From Bacteroidota bacterium (GTDB taxonomy: Bacteria; Bacteroidota; Bacteroidia; 2-12-FULL-35-15): a stretch of DNA of 36,145 nucleotides. The DNA lies in NCBI GenBank assembly GCA_023251855.1, contig JAHEYA010000001.1, forward strand, positions 1 to 36,145, written 5' to 3'. The notes under the pieces were generated by a model. The model was not told where the DNA came from and searched no databases. It saw nothing but the letters and a program-made list of their open reading frames with translations. The first letter of the stretch is position 1, and every line of letters starts with the position of its first letter. Below, piece after piece: positions 8,551 through 17,923 of this stretch. The translations under genes were made by a program, and so were the position numbers.

Positions 8551-10947
8551 TTGATGAGGTTTATGGCGACAAGTAAAATAAGATCATTTTTTCTCAGCAT
8601 ATCACGCATTGCCCGCTCAAAAATACTCTGTGTTTTTGCAGCCAATGCCATCTGCACTCCTTTATTCTCTCTTGCTCAAAATCGAGATATTGATTCACTT
8701 CTCACGCTTCTTAAAAATGATAAAGCCGATACCCGTAAAGTAATTCATCTATTAAAGCTCGCAACTATTTATTCATATCAAAATCTGGATTCAGCTATTT
8801 ATTTTGCGGAGCAAGCAAAAACTTGCGCAGAAAAAACAAATGATCACAAACGAATGGCTCAATCCTATAGTGAACTTGGGTGGGATAATTTTATAAAAGG
8901 CAGCAAACGGATAGCTTTAGATTATTATTTTAAGGCATTAAAGATTTATGTAGAACAAAAAAACAAAACGGATGCAGCTATGCAGCTTGGTGGGATAGCA
9001 ATTATTTATGACAGCCAGGGCGATTATTCCACAGCACTAGATTATTATTTCAAGACATTAAAAATTGCAGAAGAAATTAAGAACCAGAAGATAGAAGCAA
9101 ATACACTCGGCAATATTGGAATTGTTTATGATAAGCGAGCTGATTATAACAAAGCGCTTGACTATTACTTCAAAGCATTGAAAATCAAAGAAATTCTTGG
9201 AGACAAAAGCGGAATCGCAAATCAGTTTGGTAGTATTGGAAATATATATGGAAGGCTTGAAAATTTTCCCCAGGCTCTTGAATATTATTTTAAAGCGCTG
9301 AAAATAGAGGAAGAAAAGGTGGGAGATAAGAATATAATTGCCGGTCTGCTTGGAAGCATTGGAATTATTTATATGAAACAAGGTAATTATAATAAAGCGT
9401 TAGATTATAATTTAAAGTCATTGAAAATTGCAGAAGAGCTTGGAGATAAAGAGGGAATTGCAATAACGTTAAGAAGTATTGCGGGTATATATAGAGAGCA
9501 AGCGGATAAAATAGGACCGGACAAAAAAAAACTTCGGGAACAATTATATAAAAAAGCTTTCGATTTTAATATGAAATCCTTGAAAATGATAGAGGAACTT
9601 GGAAACAAAAGAGAGATTGCATTGGGTCTGATAAACATTGGCTCTCTTAATATTACTCTTGGAAAATTTAAAGAAGCCGAAAAACAGCTGCAAAGAGCTG
9701 CCATAATTGGTAATAATATTGGTACGATCGATTATGTGATGCAATCGGAAGAGTTACTCTCCAAACTGTATGATACATTGGGCAGGAGCAAAGAGGCCCT
9801 TGTTCATTATAAAAAGGCAATGGCGCTAAAGGATTCTCTTTCCATTGAGGAAAACAAAAAACAATTAGTGCGCAAAGAAATGAATTACGAGTTTGATAAA
9901 AAAGAAACTGCAACAAAAGCAGAAAATGAAAAACAACAAGCGATAGCGCAGGAAAAAAATCACAAACAAAAAATTATCAGTTGGCTGATCGCTGGTGGTT
10001 TGCTCCTTGCTTTGTTATTTTCCGGTTTTGTTTTTCGCTCACTCCGGACAACCCGCAAGCAAAAAGACATTATTGAATTGCAAAAAAACGAAGCAACACA
10101 ACAAAAACATATTGTTGAAGAAAAACAAAAAGAAATTGTAGATTCAATTACGTATGCAAAACGCATACAAACAGCTCTACTTACAAGTGAAGAATATATC
10201 AATGAACATTTGCCTGCCGAGCATTTTATTTTGTTTAAACCCAAAGACATTGTGAGCGGAGATTTTTATTGGGCGCTAAGCATGAGATTTTTACCCGGAT
10301 GGGATATGGGAACCAACAAGTTAAAAATGCCAATTGATGCCCCACGTAAAAATATATTTTATATGGCTACTGCCGATTGTACCGGCCATGGTGTACCTGG
10401 CGCCTTTATGAGTATGCTAAACATTTCTTATCTGAATGAAAATATAATGGAACGAGGCTTACGTTTGCCAAACGAAATATTAAATTCACAACGCGAAAAA
10501 ATTATTCAGGCCTTAAACCCAAAAGGAAGTATTGAAAAATCAATGGATGGGATGGATTGCATACTTTGTGCATTCGATTTTGATAAAATGCTTTTACATT
10601 TTGCAGCTGCAAATAATCCACTATGGTTAGTGCGTAATGGAGAACTAACCGAATATAAAGCAGATAAAATGCCTGTGGGGAGATATAATGAAAATATGGA
10701 TTCATTTACTTTGCAAACAATACCGATGCAAAAAGGGGATATTATTTATACCTCTACCGATGGTTATGCCGACCAGTTTAACGCCAGAGGAAAAAAATTA
10801 ATGAAGAAAACATTTAAAGAACAATTGCTTAAAATTCACGGCCAATCAATGAGCGAACAAAAAAAATCGTTGAATCAATTTTTCGAAAACTGGAAAGGAA
10901 ATATAGAGCAGGTTGATGATGTGTGTATTATTGGTGTCCGCATTTAG
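8551..10947 (+). CDS. TPR-repeat sensor phosphatase. Domain order: signal/anchor, about 9 TPR units, TM helix, coiled coil, SpoIIE/PP2C domain.
   Basis: Repeated ALDYYFKALKI.EE.GDK.GIA motif. TM helix IISWLIAGGLLLALLFSGFVF. IVDSITYAKRIQTALL linker. PP2C motifs DIVSGDFYW, ADCTGHGVPGAFMS, DGMDCIL, TDGYADQ, and QVDDVCIIG. The track start is TTG 8551; ATG at 8554 or 8563 is more likely. Confidence 0.88.
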   Translation: MMRFMATSKIRSFFLSISRIARSKILCVFAANAICTPLFSLAQNRDIDSLLTLLKNDKADTRKVIHLLKLATIYSYQNLDSAIYFAEQAKTCAEKTNDHKRMAQSYSELGWDNFIKGSKRIALDYYFKALKIYVEQKNKTDAAMQLGGIAIIYDSQGDYSTALDYYFKTLKIAEEIKNQKIEANTLGNIGIVYDKRADYNKALDYYFKALKIKEILGDKSGIANQFGSIGNIYGRLENFPQALEYYFKALKIEEEKVGDKNIIAGLLGSIGIIYMKQGNYNKALDYNLKSLKIAEELGDKEGIAITLRSIAGIYREQADKIGPDKKKLREQLYKKAFDFNMKSLKMIEELGNKREIALGLINIGSLNITLGKFKEAEKQLQRAAIIGNNIGTIDYVMQSEELLSKLYDTLGRSKEALVHYKKAMALKDSLSIEENKKQLVRKEMNYEFDKKETATKAENEKQQAIAQEKNHKQKIISWLIAGGLLLALLFSGFVFRSLRTTRKQKDIIELQKNEATQQKHIVEEKQKEIVDSITYAKRIQTALLTSEEYINEHLPAEHFILFKPKDIVSGDFYWALSMRFLPGWDMGTNKLKMPIDAPRKNIFYMATADCTGHGVPGAFMSMLNISYLNENIMERGLRLPNEILNSQREKIIQALNPKGSIEKSMDGMDCILCAFDFDKMLLHFAAANNPLWLVRNGELTEYKADKMPVGRYNENMDSFTLQTIPMQKGDIIYTSTDGYADQFNARGKKLMKKTFKEQLLKIHGQSMSEQKKSLNQFFENWKGNIEQVDDVCIIGVRI

Positions 10948-11004
10948 CAAATGCCATATAAGTGAATATGGATTTTACAGGGACTTGTAAATTTTAATTT
11001 AAAA

Positions 11005-13209
11005 ATGAAAAGCAATTTTTCAAGTAAAAAAAAATCATATTTTATCATACTTCTCTGTGTAATTTGCGTTCCATTTTCCTTTTCTCAAAATCGAATTACG
11101 GACTCTCTTCTTACACTTCTTAAAAACGATAAAAATGATACCAACAAAATAATCCACCTCAATAGTCTGGGTTGGGATTTTTTGTATGAAAATCCGGATA
11201 CCTCTACTGTTCTCAGCAATCAAGCCCTTGATGTTTTTATACAACTTCCATATTCCATTCGAAACGGAAAAAGAGGAAAGCATTTTCTTGCTCAAACATA
11301 CGGCAATCTTGCAGTTTATCAAACAATACTGGGGAACTATACTGTTGCTCTTGATTTTTATTTAAAAGCACTGAAACTTGATGAGGAGCTTGGAGATAAA
11401 ACCGGTATCGCTAAACGCTACGGAAACATTGGGCTTCTTTATATGGGGCAAGAGGATTACCCCCAAGCGTTGGAGTACTTATTCAAAGCATTAAAAATTT
11501 CAGAAGAATTGCGAAATAAAGATGCAGTTGCAAAACATCTTGGCAATATCGGAAACGCATATCTCGCTAAGGCCGACATATTCAAACAAAGCGGGAACTT
11601 AAATCTGGCAAATCGAAATTATACAAAAGCATTAGGGTTTCATTTCAAAGCGCTAATGATGAAAAAAAACTTAAATAATAAAACGGGAATAGCAATCACT
11701 TTAGGCAACATAGGGGATACTTATTTTGCGCAGGGAGATTATACCCAAGCGCTGGATTATCTTTTTAGATCACTTAAGTTGGATGAAGAGCTTGAAAATA
11801 AAGTAGAAATTGCAACAATGCTTAGCAGCATAGGCCAGATTTATATTTCTTTAAAAAAATATAAAGAAGCGTGTAATTGTTTGCAGCGCTCTGTAGGTGT
11901 TTGTTGTAGCATAGGCGCAATGAATAAGGCAATAGGCGCATATTCCAGCTTAAGCCTGCTTTACGAAAAATCAACAATTTCTTTACCCGACACCACCGGA
12001 GGTAAACTTTTAAATATGGAGCAAATGCGTTTACGCTCGATGTATTATTTTAAACGATCAACCGCAATCAAAGAGATGCTTGCTAGCCTTGAATTAAAAA
12101 AACAGATGGTGCGTAAAGAAATGAATTATCAGTTTAACAAAAAAGAATCTGCCACCAAAGCTGAGCAAGATAAAAAAGATGTTATAACTGCCACAGAAAA
12201 AAACAAACAAAACTTTGTGCTGATTTTAGTGTCCTGTGTATTACTTCTCGTTTTTTTATTTGCAGGGTTTGTTCTTCGCACACTGCGCATTACCAGTAAA
12301 CAAAAAAATATAATTGAATTGCAAAAAAATGAAGTTCACCGCCAAAAAGAAATTGTTGAGAAACAGAATCTCACACTGGAAATGCATCAAAAAGAGATCA
12401 TTGATTCAATAACCTATGCTAAGCACATACAAACAGCTCTACTTACAAGCGATGAGTATATAAAAAATAATTTGCCGGCCGAATATTTTATTTTATTCAA
12501 ACCAAAAGACATTGTGAGTGGTGATTTTTATTGGGCGCTCAGCATGCCCTTTTTACCGGGTTGGGACCTGGGAACTAACAAAGTAAAGTTGCAGACCCAT
12601 GCCGAACGCAAACATATATTTTACATAGCTACAGCGGATTGTACAGGGCATGGTGTACCCGGTGCTTTTATGAGTATGTTAAACATTTCATATCTTAATG
12701 AAAACGTTATAGAACGCGGTATACGTCTCCCGCACGATATATTAAATTCTCAACGCAAAGAAATTATTCAAGCCTTAAACCCGATGGGAAGTACAGAAGA
12801 ATCAAACGATGGTATGGATTGTGCGCTTTGTGTTTTCGATTTCGATAAAATGCTTTTACATTTTGCATTAGCAAACACTCCTTTGTGGTTAATCAGAAGT
12901 GGTGAACTCACAGAATACAAAGCCGACAAAATGCCAGTAGGTAAACATAACGACAAAATAGACCCCTTTACATTGCATACATTGCCTTTGCTTAAAGGGG
13001 ATATTGTTTATACCTCCACAGATGGGTATGCCGATCAGTTTGGGGTCAATGGAAAAAAGCTGCTGAAGAAAATAGTTAAAAAAGAGCTACTTAAAATTCA
13101 CCATTTACCAATGATTGAGCAAAAACAATATTTAGATCAGTATTTTGAAAATTGGAAAGGCGATATAGAGCAGGTGGATGATGTGTGTATAATTGGTATT
13201 CGCATTTAA
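11005..13209 (+). CDS. TPR-repeat sensor phosphatase (SpoIIE/PP2C output), a tandem paralog of 8551..10947
   Basis: Same architecture as its neighbour. It shows near-identical stretches to it, for example ILFKPKDIVSGDFYWALSM, ADCTGHGVPGAFMSMLNISYLNEN, GELTEYKADKMPVG, and FENWKG.IEQVDDVCIIG. Confidence 0.88.
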   Translation: MKSNFSSKKKSYFIILLCVICVPFSFSQNRITDSLLTLLKNDKNDTNKIIHLNSLGWDFLYENPDTSTVLSNQALDVFIQLPYSIRNGKRGKHFLAQTYGNLAVYQTILGNYTVALDFYLKALKLDEELGDKTGIAKRYGNIGLLYMGQEDYPQALEYLFKALKISEELRNKDAVAKHLGNIGNAYLAKADIFKQSGNLNLANRNYTKALGFHFKALMMKKNLNNKTGIAITLGNIGDTYFAQGDYTQALDYLFRSLKLDEELENKVEIATMLSSIGQIYISLKKYKEACNCLQRSVGVCCSIGAMNKAIGAYSSLSLLYEKSTISLPDTTGGKLLNMEQMRLRSMYYFKRSTAIKEMLASLELKKQMVRKEMNYQFNKKESATKAEQDKKDVITATEKNKQNFVLILVSCVLLLVFLFAGFVLRTLRITSKQKNIIELQKNEVHRQKEIVEKQNLTLEMHQKEIIDSITYAKHIQTALLTSDEYIKNNLPAEYFILFKPKDIVSGDFYWALSMPFLPGWDLGTNKVKLQTHAERKHIFYIATADCTGHGVPGAFMSMLNISYLNENVIERGIRLPHDILNSQRKEIIQALNPMGSTEESNDGMDCALCVFDFDKMLLHFALANTPLWLIRSGELTEYKADKMPVGKHNDKIDPFTLHTLPLLKGDIVYTSTDGYADQFGVNGKKLLKKIVKKELLKIHHLPMIEQKQYLDQYFENWKGDIEQVDDVCIIGIRI

Positions 13210-13215
13210 AGCAAT

Positions 13216-16200
13216 TTAAAAATAAGCCCTCACTTGTGCTCCGCCTGTATGAATAGCGGGGTTTCCCTCTGATTGACGCCCGTCATACGTTAAACTTAAT
13301 TGCAAATTGTTCGACAAATTTCTCTGATAAGAAAATCCCCAGGTAATGTTTTTTCCTTTTTGTAATGCATCCATCATTTCAAATGCGAGTGAAGTATTTG
13401 ATGTTCCATTAAATTGTATTTGAATCAAATTGGCTTTTAAATTCAAACTCCCTTTTTGCAATACATTGTATTTTATCTCTATGCCATAATCCTTTATAGA
13501 AGCCCGCTGCGAACCATATTCAGCTGCATTTTTTTTGTCTGAATATTTGAATGAAGCTGTTGCCCGAAAAGCGGTTGTGGGTTGAAAATTAAATTTTGGA
13601 GCAGCCTCAAAATATAAAATGGAAAAGTTGCGAACACTAAAAAATTGTGATGTGTTTATCTTTTTGCCATCTTTATAATTGATCTCCCACCAAAAAAGTT
13701 GCGACATATTCCAACGTAAGCGGACTTCTTTAGATATATTTTGACGGGTATCAAAACCATTTACAAGCAATAGTTTATTGCGCACATCCTGGTAGCTAAG
13801 GTCAATACCCAAAACCGGACTCATTTGATTGATGAATAATGTATTTCTGAAAGAAGAGTTTAGCGTTATCAAATTCGGATTATCCGTTACCGTGATAAAA
13901 GGATCATAAGCTTTTGTCAGGTCTGTTTCCGATGATTTTCTATCTACACGATAAGCCGATTGATTTGCAAAGCGCGAAATAAATTTTCGCGCCCCTGATT
14001 TACTTGCCCACAGGGCAGCAGGTTTCAACATTAATTGTTCGCTGAACTGATTAATATATACTTTAATATAATCAAGAGTGGGCGTATATATTTTTACATA
14101 GGTTGCAGTATTTGGAAAAGTAGCTACTTCAAATTCGTTTAATTCTTTTATGCCGTTTCCATTATAGTCGTTCCATGTGTAAACGCCCAAGCCAGGGGCA
14201 ACTTCAATGTACGAAAATTCTTTTTTTACTTCTAACCCGGAACCGATTTCATAAAACGAATTTGAATACAACAAACCTTTCCAGATTCTGAAATTATATT
14301 CTATCCTCGAAACTAAAGAGTTATCAGGCTTTTGCATAGTAAGTGCCGAATCAATAATTTGTAATCTGCGATAAGCAGCATTTATTTTTAATTGATTATT
14401 GGGATTTTGAAGGAGTTCAAAAAAACCACCAAAACTTTCTGCAAATGCCGATTTGTTAAGCCCTTTTGATGCAATCAAGTTTTTCATAGCATAATCAGTT
14501 CTTTGTTTATAATTCAATCCATACCTGTTTTTTGTAGTATCTGAATTTTGAATATACCCTTGCCATTCCCAGAACTGATAGCTATTTGCAAGCAATGAAT
14601 CTTTTTTACCAAGTGTAAATTTATTTTGTTCCAACTCATCTTTAATGCCAATGGTTACCCATTTCACTTTTTGCGACACTCCGCTTTTGTGCCTGTAAAA
14701 AGCACTGTTGGCTGAGCTTGTGGAGTTAAGCAAACTACTGTTGTAGTTCAGATCAAATCCTTTTTGTTTAAAATTCAAATTAACAAACTGCTTGTTTGCA
14801 TTGTAATTAGAGCCTTCTAAAAATGAATTGAATTTATACCCAATACTTCCCGTTCCCTTTTTAACCAATTGCAAACCCGCACCAACAATATGTTGATCGT
14901 CTATCATTGTAACACTTGTTCTGTTCCAATCGCGTTCAAATTCAATACTCCTGTAACGCTCAACCGGAGAAAAGTATTTTTGAACATACTCATAATTCAC
15001 ATTGGTAAGTAGTTTTACGAAACTGTTAATAGAGGTATCAATTGTTTGTTGTTGTTCTGTTCCCAATGATTTTATATTGTCGAAATTCATTTTTAAACCA
15101 ACACCCACATCATTTTTTTTATCAGCTGTTGAAAAAGTGTTGATATCATTTTTGCTCAAAGCTCCTTCAACACTGAGTTTGGAATTCTCTGAAAAAACAT
15201 AATCTGCACCCGTTGTCATCATTTGTTTTTGATGAGGTGTTATCAGTTGTATCACCGGCTCAAAATTTCCTTGTTTCACTCCGGCAACTGGCGCAATCCA
15301 TTGAAATACTTTGCCATTTGCGCTGGAAGCAATTTGTTTGTAATTCCCTTTTCCTAGCCCTACATTGCTGAATGCCACTCTAAAATGCGCACTATCACTA
15401 TTGATGCTATAAATAAAAATGGAGTAAGACTGTGTTCCTATCAGGGTGTCCCTTTTTTTGTATAACACTTCATTGTTCGAAAACGCAACACTATCGGAGC
15501 TTGGAGCAACTGCAAGCGAAAGAGAATCGCCAATTTGACTTAACAATACTTTTTGTTGTGGTGTTAAATTTTGCTGCAAAGGTTGGTTTTTACTATCCTG
15601 TTCAGAGTATATATTCAGGTATAACCTGAGTTTGTCTTTTTCAAAATCATTACCAAAGTGTACAAGTGAGCGCGCATAATTTTTATCGGAGTATTGAAAT
15701 TCAACAACAATCCGTTTGTCTTTTGTAATAAGTTGTTTAGCGGTAAATGTAATTTCGGATGTATTATAGTTGATGACATAATCATTCTCTTGTCCTCTAT
15801 CCATAAGTCTTCCATCAATATATACTTTTTCTGTTCCGGATAACACAATAATAAAGGGCTCGTTTTCGGCACCTCGTAAACGATACGGCCCTTGATTGCT
15901 TTCAATTCCCTGTAATTGATTACGGGCAAACTTCCCTCGTGAAACAGCAGCATTTACGGATGTTGTATAAAGTCCTTGTTCCTTTATGTTTTTATTTTCT
16001 TTGCCCGTTTTTAGTGCTGTAGAAAAACTAAGCCCTTGCGCTTTTTTATAAAAATTCATAAAATAACTTTTTGGACGGGTGAGCTGAAAATCTCCTGCAA
16101 TTAGCTTTGTATTCGCATTTGAAAGCTGAATAAATACTTTATCAAACTCCTGTAATTGTTGGGTGTTTCCTTCCGGCTGAATAGGGATATTATTATCTGT

Positions 16201-16803
16201 TGCAGCTAATAAAATATCCACATTATTATTCAAATGTCCTGATAGTTGTAAGTTTAAATTCGAATTAACTACTACATCTTGATTGTTACCAAATGAGAGT
16301 CCTCTTGAAATACTACCTGTTTTATTTAAGCCCTCCATTTTAAAAATGTCTTCATTTTTTGATTCTGCCGAATAACTAAAAGGGTTGTTATTACCAAATA
16401 GATCGGGCTTAATAAGGCTGTAGTCTTTGTGTTTTATTTCAGAAGAAAATAAATATGGAAATGTTTTATAAGAGACTTTTAAGCTGTCAACAACAAAAGG
16501 ATCGCCTTCTTCACGTTTTAGAAATGGCAGTAGGAGAGAGGAGTCAATTTTTTTTCGATCAAGTATTACCTGTGCGGTGGCATAATTTAAAGTGTAGAGT
16601 GTACTGTCCAACTTTGTTCCGTTAACAAGAGTAATTGTTACAGAGCCAGGAACAAGGCTAAGTGTATCAAGTTGAAGTGTGTCACTTTCAACTTTGTAGC
16701 GATTATATTTTTTCCCTTCCGGATAGCGAACCCTTCTGTTTTGGGCATATCCCATTGCTGAGAAAAAAAGCAACAACAAAAAAAATATTATTTTTCGAAC
16801 CAT
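13216..16803 (-). CDS. Large (1195 aa) predicted outer-membrane beta-barrel protein. I do not recognise the family.
   Basis: Signal peptide MVRKIIFFLLLLFFSAMGYAQ. There are long stretches of alternating-hydrophobic beta-strand-like sequence rich in N/S/Y/G (e.g. ITWGFSYQRNL, LQLSLTYDGRQ). The C-terminus is aromatic (GGAQVRAYF), which is typical of OMP barrels. Confidence 0.6.
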   Translation of the reverse strand: MVRKIIFFLLLLFFSAMGYAQNRRVRYPEGKKYNRYKVESDTLQLDTLSLVPGSVTITLVNGTKLDSTLYTLNYATAQVILDRKKIDSSLLLPFLKREEGDPFVVDSLKVSYKTFPYLFSSEIKHKDYSLIKPDLFGNNNPFSYSAESKNEDIFKMEGLNKTGSISRGLSFGNNQDVVVNSNLNLQLSGHLNNNVDILLAATDNNIPIQPEGNTQQLQEFDKVFIQLSNANTKLIAGDFQLTRPKSYFMNFYKKAQGLSFSTALKTGKENKNIKEQGLYTTSVNAAVSRGKFARNQLQGIESNQGPYRLRGAENEPFIIVLSGTEKVYIDGRLMDRGQENDYVINYNTSEITFTAKQLITKDKRIVVEFQYSDKNYARSLVHFGNDFEKDKLRLYLNIYSEQDSKNQPLQQNLTPQQKVLLSQIGDSLSLAVAPSSDSVAFSNNEVLYKKRDTLIGTQSYSIFIYSINSDSAHFRVAFSNVGLGKGNYKQIASSANGKVFQWIAPVAGVKQGNFEPVIQLITPHQKQMMTTGADYVFSENSKLSVEGALSKNDINTFSTADKKNDVGVGLKMNFDNIKSLGTEQQQTIDTSINSFVKLLTNVNYEYVQKYFSPVERYRSIEFERDWNRTSVTMIDDQHIVGAGLQLVKKGTGSIGYKFNSFLEGSNYNANKQFVNLNFKQKGFDLNYNSSLLNSTSSANSAFYRHKSGVSQKVKWVTIGIKDELEQNKFTLGKKDSLLANSYQFWEWQGYIQNSDTTKNRYGLNYKQRTDYAMKNLIASKGLNKSAFAESFGGFFELLQNPNNQLKINAAYRRLQIIDSALTMQKPDNSLVSRIEYNFRIWKGLLYSNSFYEIGSGLEVKKEFSYIEVAPGLGVYTWNDYNGNGIKELNEFEVATFPNTATYVKIYTPTLDYIKVYINQFSEQLMLKPAALWASKSGARKFISRFANQSAYRVDRKSSETDLTKAYDPFITVTDNPNLITLNSSFRNTLFINQMSPVLGIDLSYQDVRNKLLLVNGFDTRQNISKEVRLRWNMSQLFWWEINYKDGKKINTSQFFSVRNFSILYFEAAPKFNFQPTTAFRATASFKYSDKKNAAEYGSQRASIKDYGIEIKYNVLQKGSLNLKANLIQIQFNGTSNTSLAFEMMDALQKGKNITWGFSYQRNLSNNLQLSLTYDGRQSEGNPAIHTGGAQVRAYF

Positions 16804-17052
16804 TATAAAGCTAAAGTAGTATTTATTGTTTCAGTTCGTTTTTAAAACTGTCTGGCTTTGGCGGGAAGACTTTCGGTTTCTAAAAATTTTATTATGTCGT
16901 TCCTCGCAATGGCGGATTTTAGTGTGATTTTTAGAAAGAATTTTTTCTTTCTTTTCCCCACAACGCACCCACTTTTAGTGCATAGTGGTTTATTTTATCT
17001 GTGTTCTTTGTGGTAAAATATTCTAATCACAAAGTTCGCAAAGATTATTTTA

Positions 17053-17060
17053 TATTTTTG
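17053..17060 (+). promoter_or_regulatory. Candidate -7 box (TATTTTTG) for xth
   Basis: TAnnTTTG match 25 nt upstream of the ATG at 17086. Confidence 0.35.
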
Positions 17061-17085
17061 TTCACCCAATCTAATACGTAAAATC

Positions 17086-17853
17086 ATGACAAAAATTATA
17101 AGTTACAATCTAAACGGAATACGTTCAGCCATAAGCAAAGGTCTTATTGATTGGTTAAAAGCGGCCAATCCGGATATTTTATGTGTTCAGGAATTAAAAG
17201 CAGAACCTGCACAGCTTGATATCAGCGTGTTTGAAGAGGAGGGATATCACCACTATTGGTATCCCGCACAAAAGAAAGGCTATAGCGGAGTTGCTATTTT
17301 TACAAAACGCAAACCCAACCATGTTGAATATGGATGCGGTATTCCCGAGTATGATTTTGAAGGGCGTGTTATTCGTGCCGATTATGGCGATGTTTCTGTT
17401 TTAAATGTGTATCATCCCAGTGGCAGCAGTGGTGAAGAACGGCAGTCATTTAAAATGAAATGGTTATCCGACTTTCAAAAATATATTGACCAATTAAAAA
17501 AAGAGCGCCCAAAGCTTATCATTTGCGGAGATTATAACATTTGTCATCAGCCAATTGATATTCACAACCCTAAAAGTAATGCAAACAGTAGCGGCTTTTT
17601 ACCTGAAGAGCGCGAGTGGATTGATGCATTTATGAAATCAGGTTTTGTAGACAGTTTCAGGCATTTTAACAAAGAGCCTCACAACTATAGCTGGTGGAGC
17701 TTCAGAGCCAATTCCCGTGCAAAAAATTTAGGTTGGCGTATCGACTATAATCTGGTAAGTGCCAATATACAACAGCAAATGAAAAGAGCAGCTATTTTGC
17801 CGGAAGCCAAACATTCCGACCATTGCCCTGTTATGCTTGAAATAGATTTTTAA
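17086..17853 (+). CDS. xth: Exodeoxyribonuclease III (AP endonuclease, ExoIII/EEP family)
   Basis: 255 aa. Motifs ISYNLNGIRSA, ILCVQELK, GYSGVAIF, GDYNICH, YSWWSFR, WRIDY, and C-terminal SDHCPV. Confidence 0.95.
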   Translation: MTKIISYNLNGIRSAISKGLIDWLKAANPDILCVQELKAEPAQLDISVFEEEGYHHYWYPAQKKGYSGVAIFTKRKPNHVEYGCGIPEYDFEGRVIRADYGDVSVLNVYHPSGSSGEERQSFKMKWLSDFQKYIDQLKKERPKLIICGDYNICHQPIDIHNPKSNANSSGFLPEEREWIDAFMKSGFVDSFRHFNKEPHNYSWWSFRANSRAKNLGWRIDYNLVSANIQQQMKRAAILPEAKHSDHCPVMLEIDF

Positions 17854-17880
17854 TTCGTAGGAGTTTTTCATATAATCTGA

Positions 17881-17888
17881 TATATTTG
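17881..17888 (+). promoter_or_regulatory. Candidate -7 box (TATATTTG) for the solute-binding protein gene
   Basis: TAnnTTTG match 35 nt upstream of the ATG at 17924. Confidence 0.3.
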
Positions 17889-17923
17889 CATGCTGAAATT
17901 TAAAAATGAGGTAGAAATTTAAC

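Noticed and set aside
9058-10705. Cluster of minus-strand ORFs inside the first TPR phosphatase gene (similar ones at 11035..11322 and 12768..12956)
   Set aside because: They are antisense to a long ORF with clear domain motifs. The AT-rich repeat-coding DNA leaves the opposite strand open.
15002-15953. Small ORFs within the 1195-aa OMP gene (15002..15202+, 15432..15629+, 15615..15953-)
   Set aside because: They are nested in a much longer uninterrupted ORF that has a signal peptide and an OMP terminus, and they have no motifs of their own.
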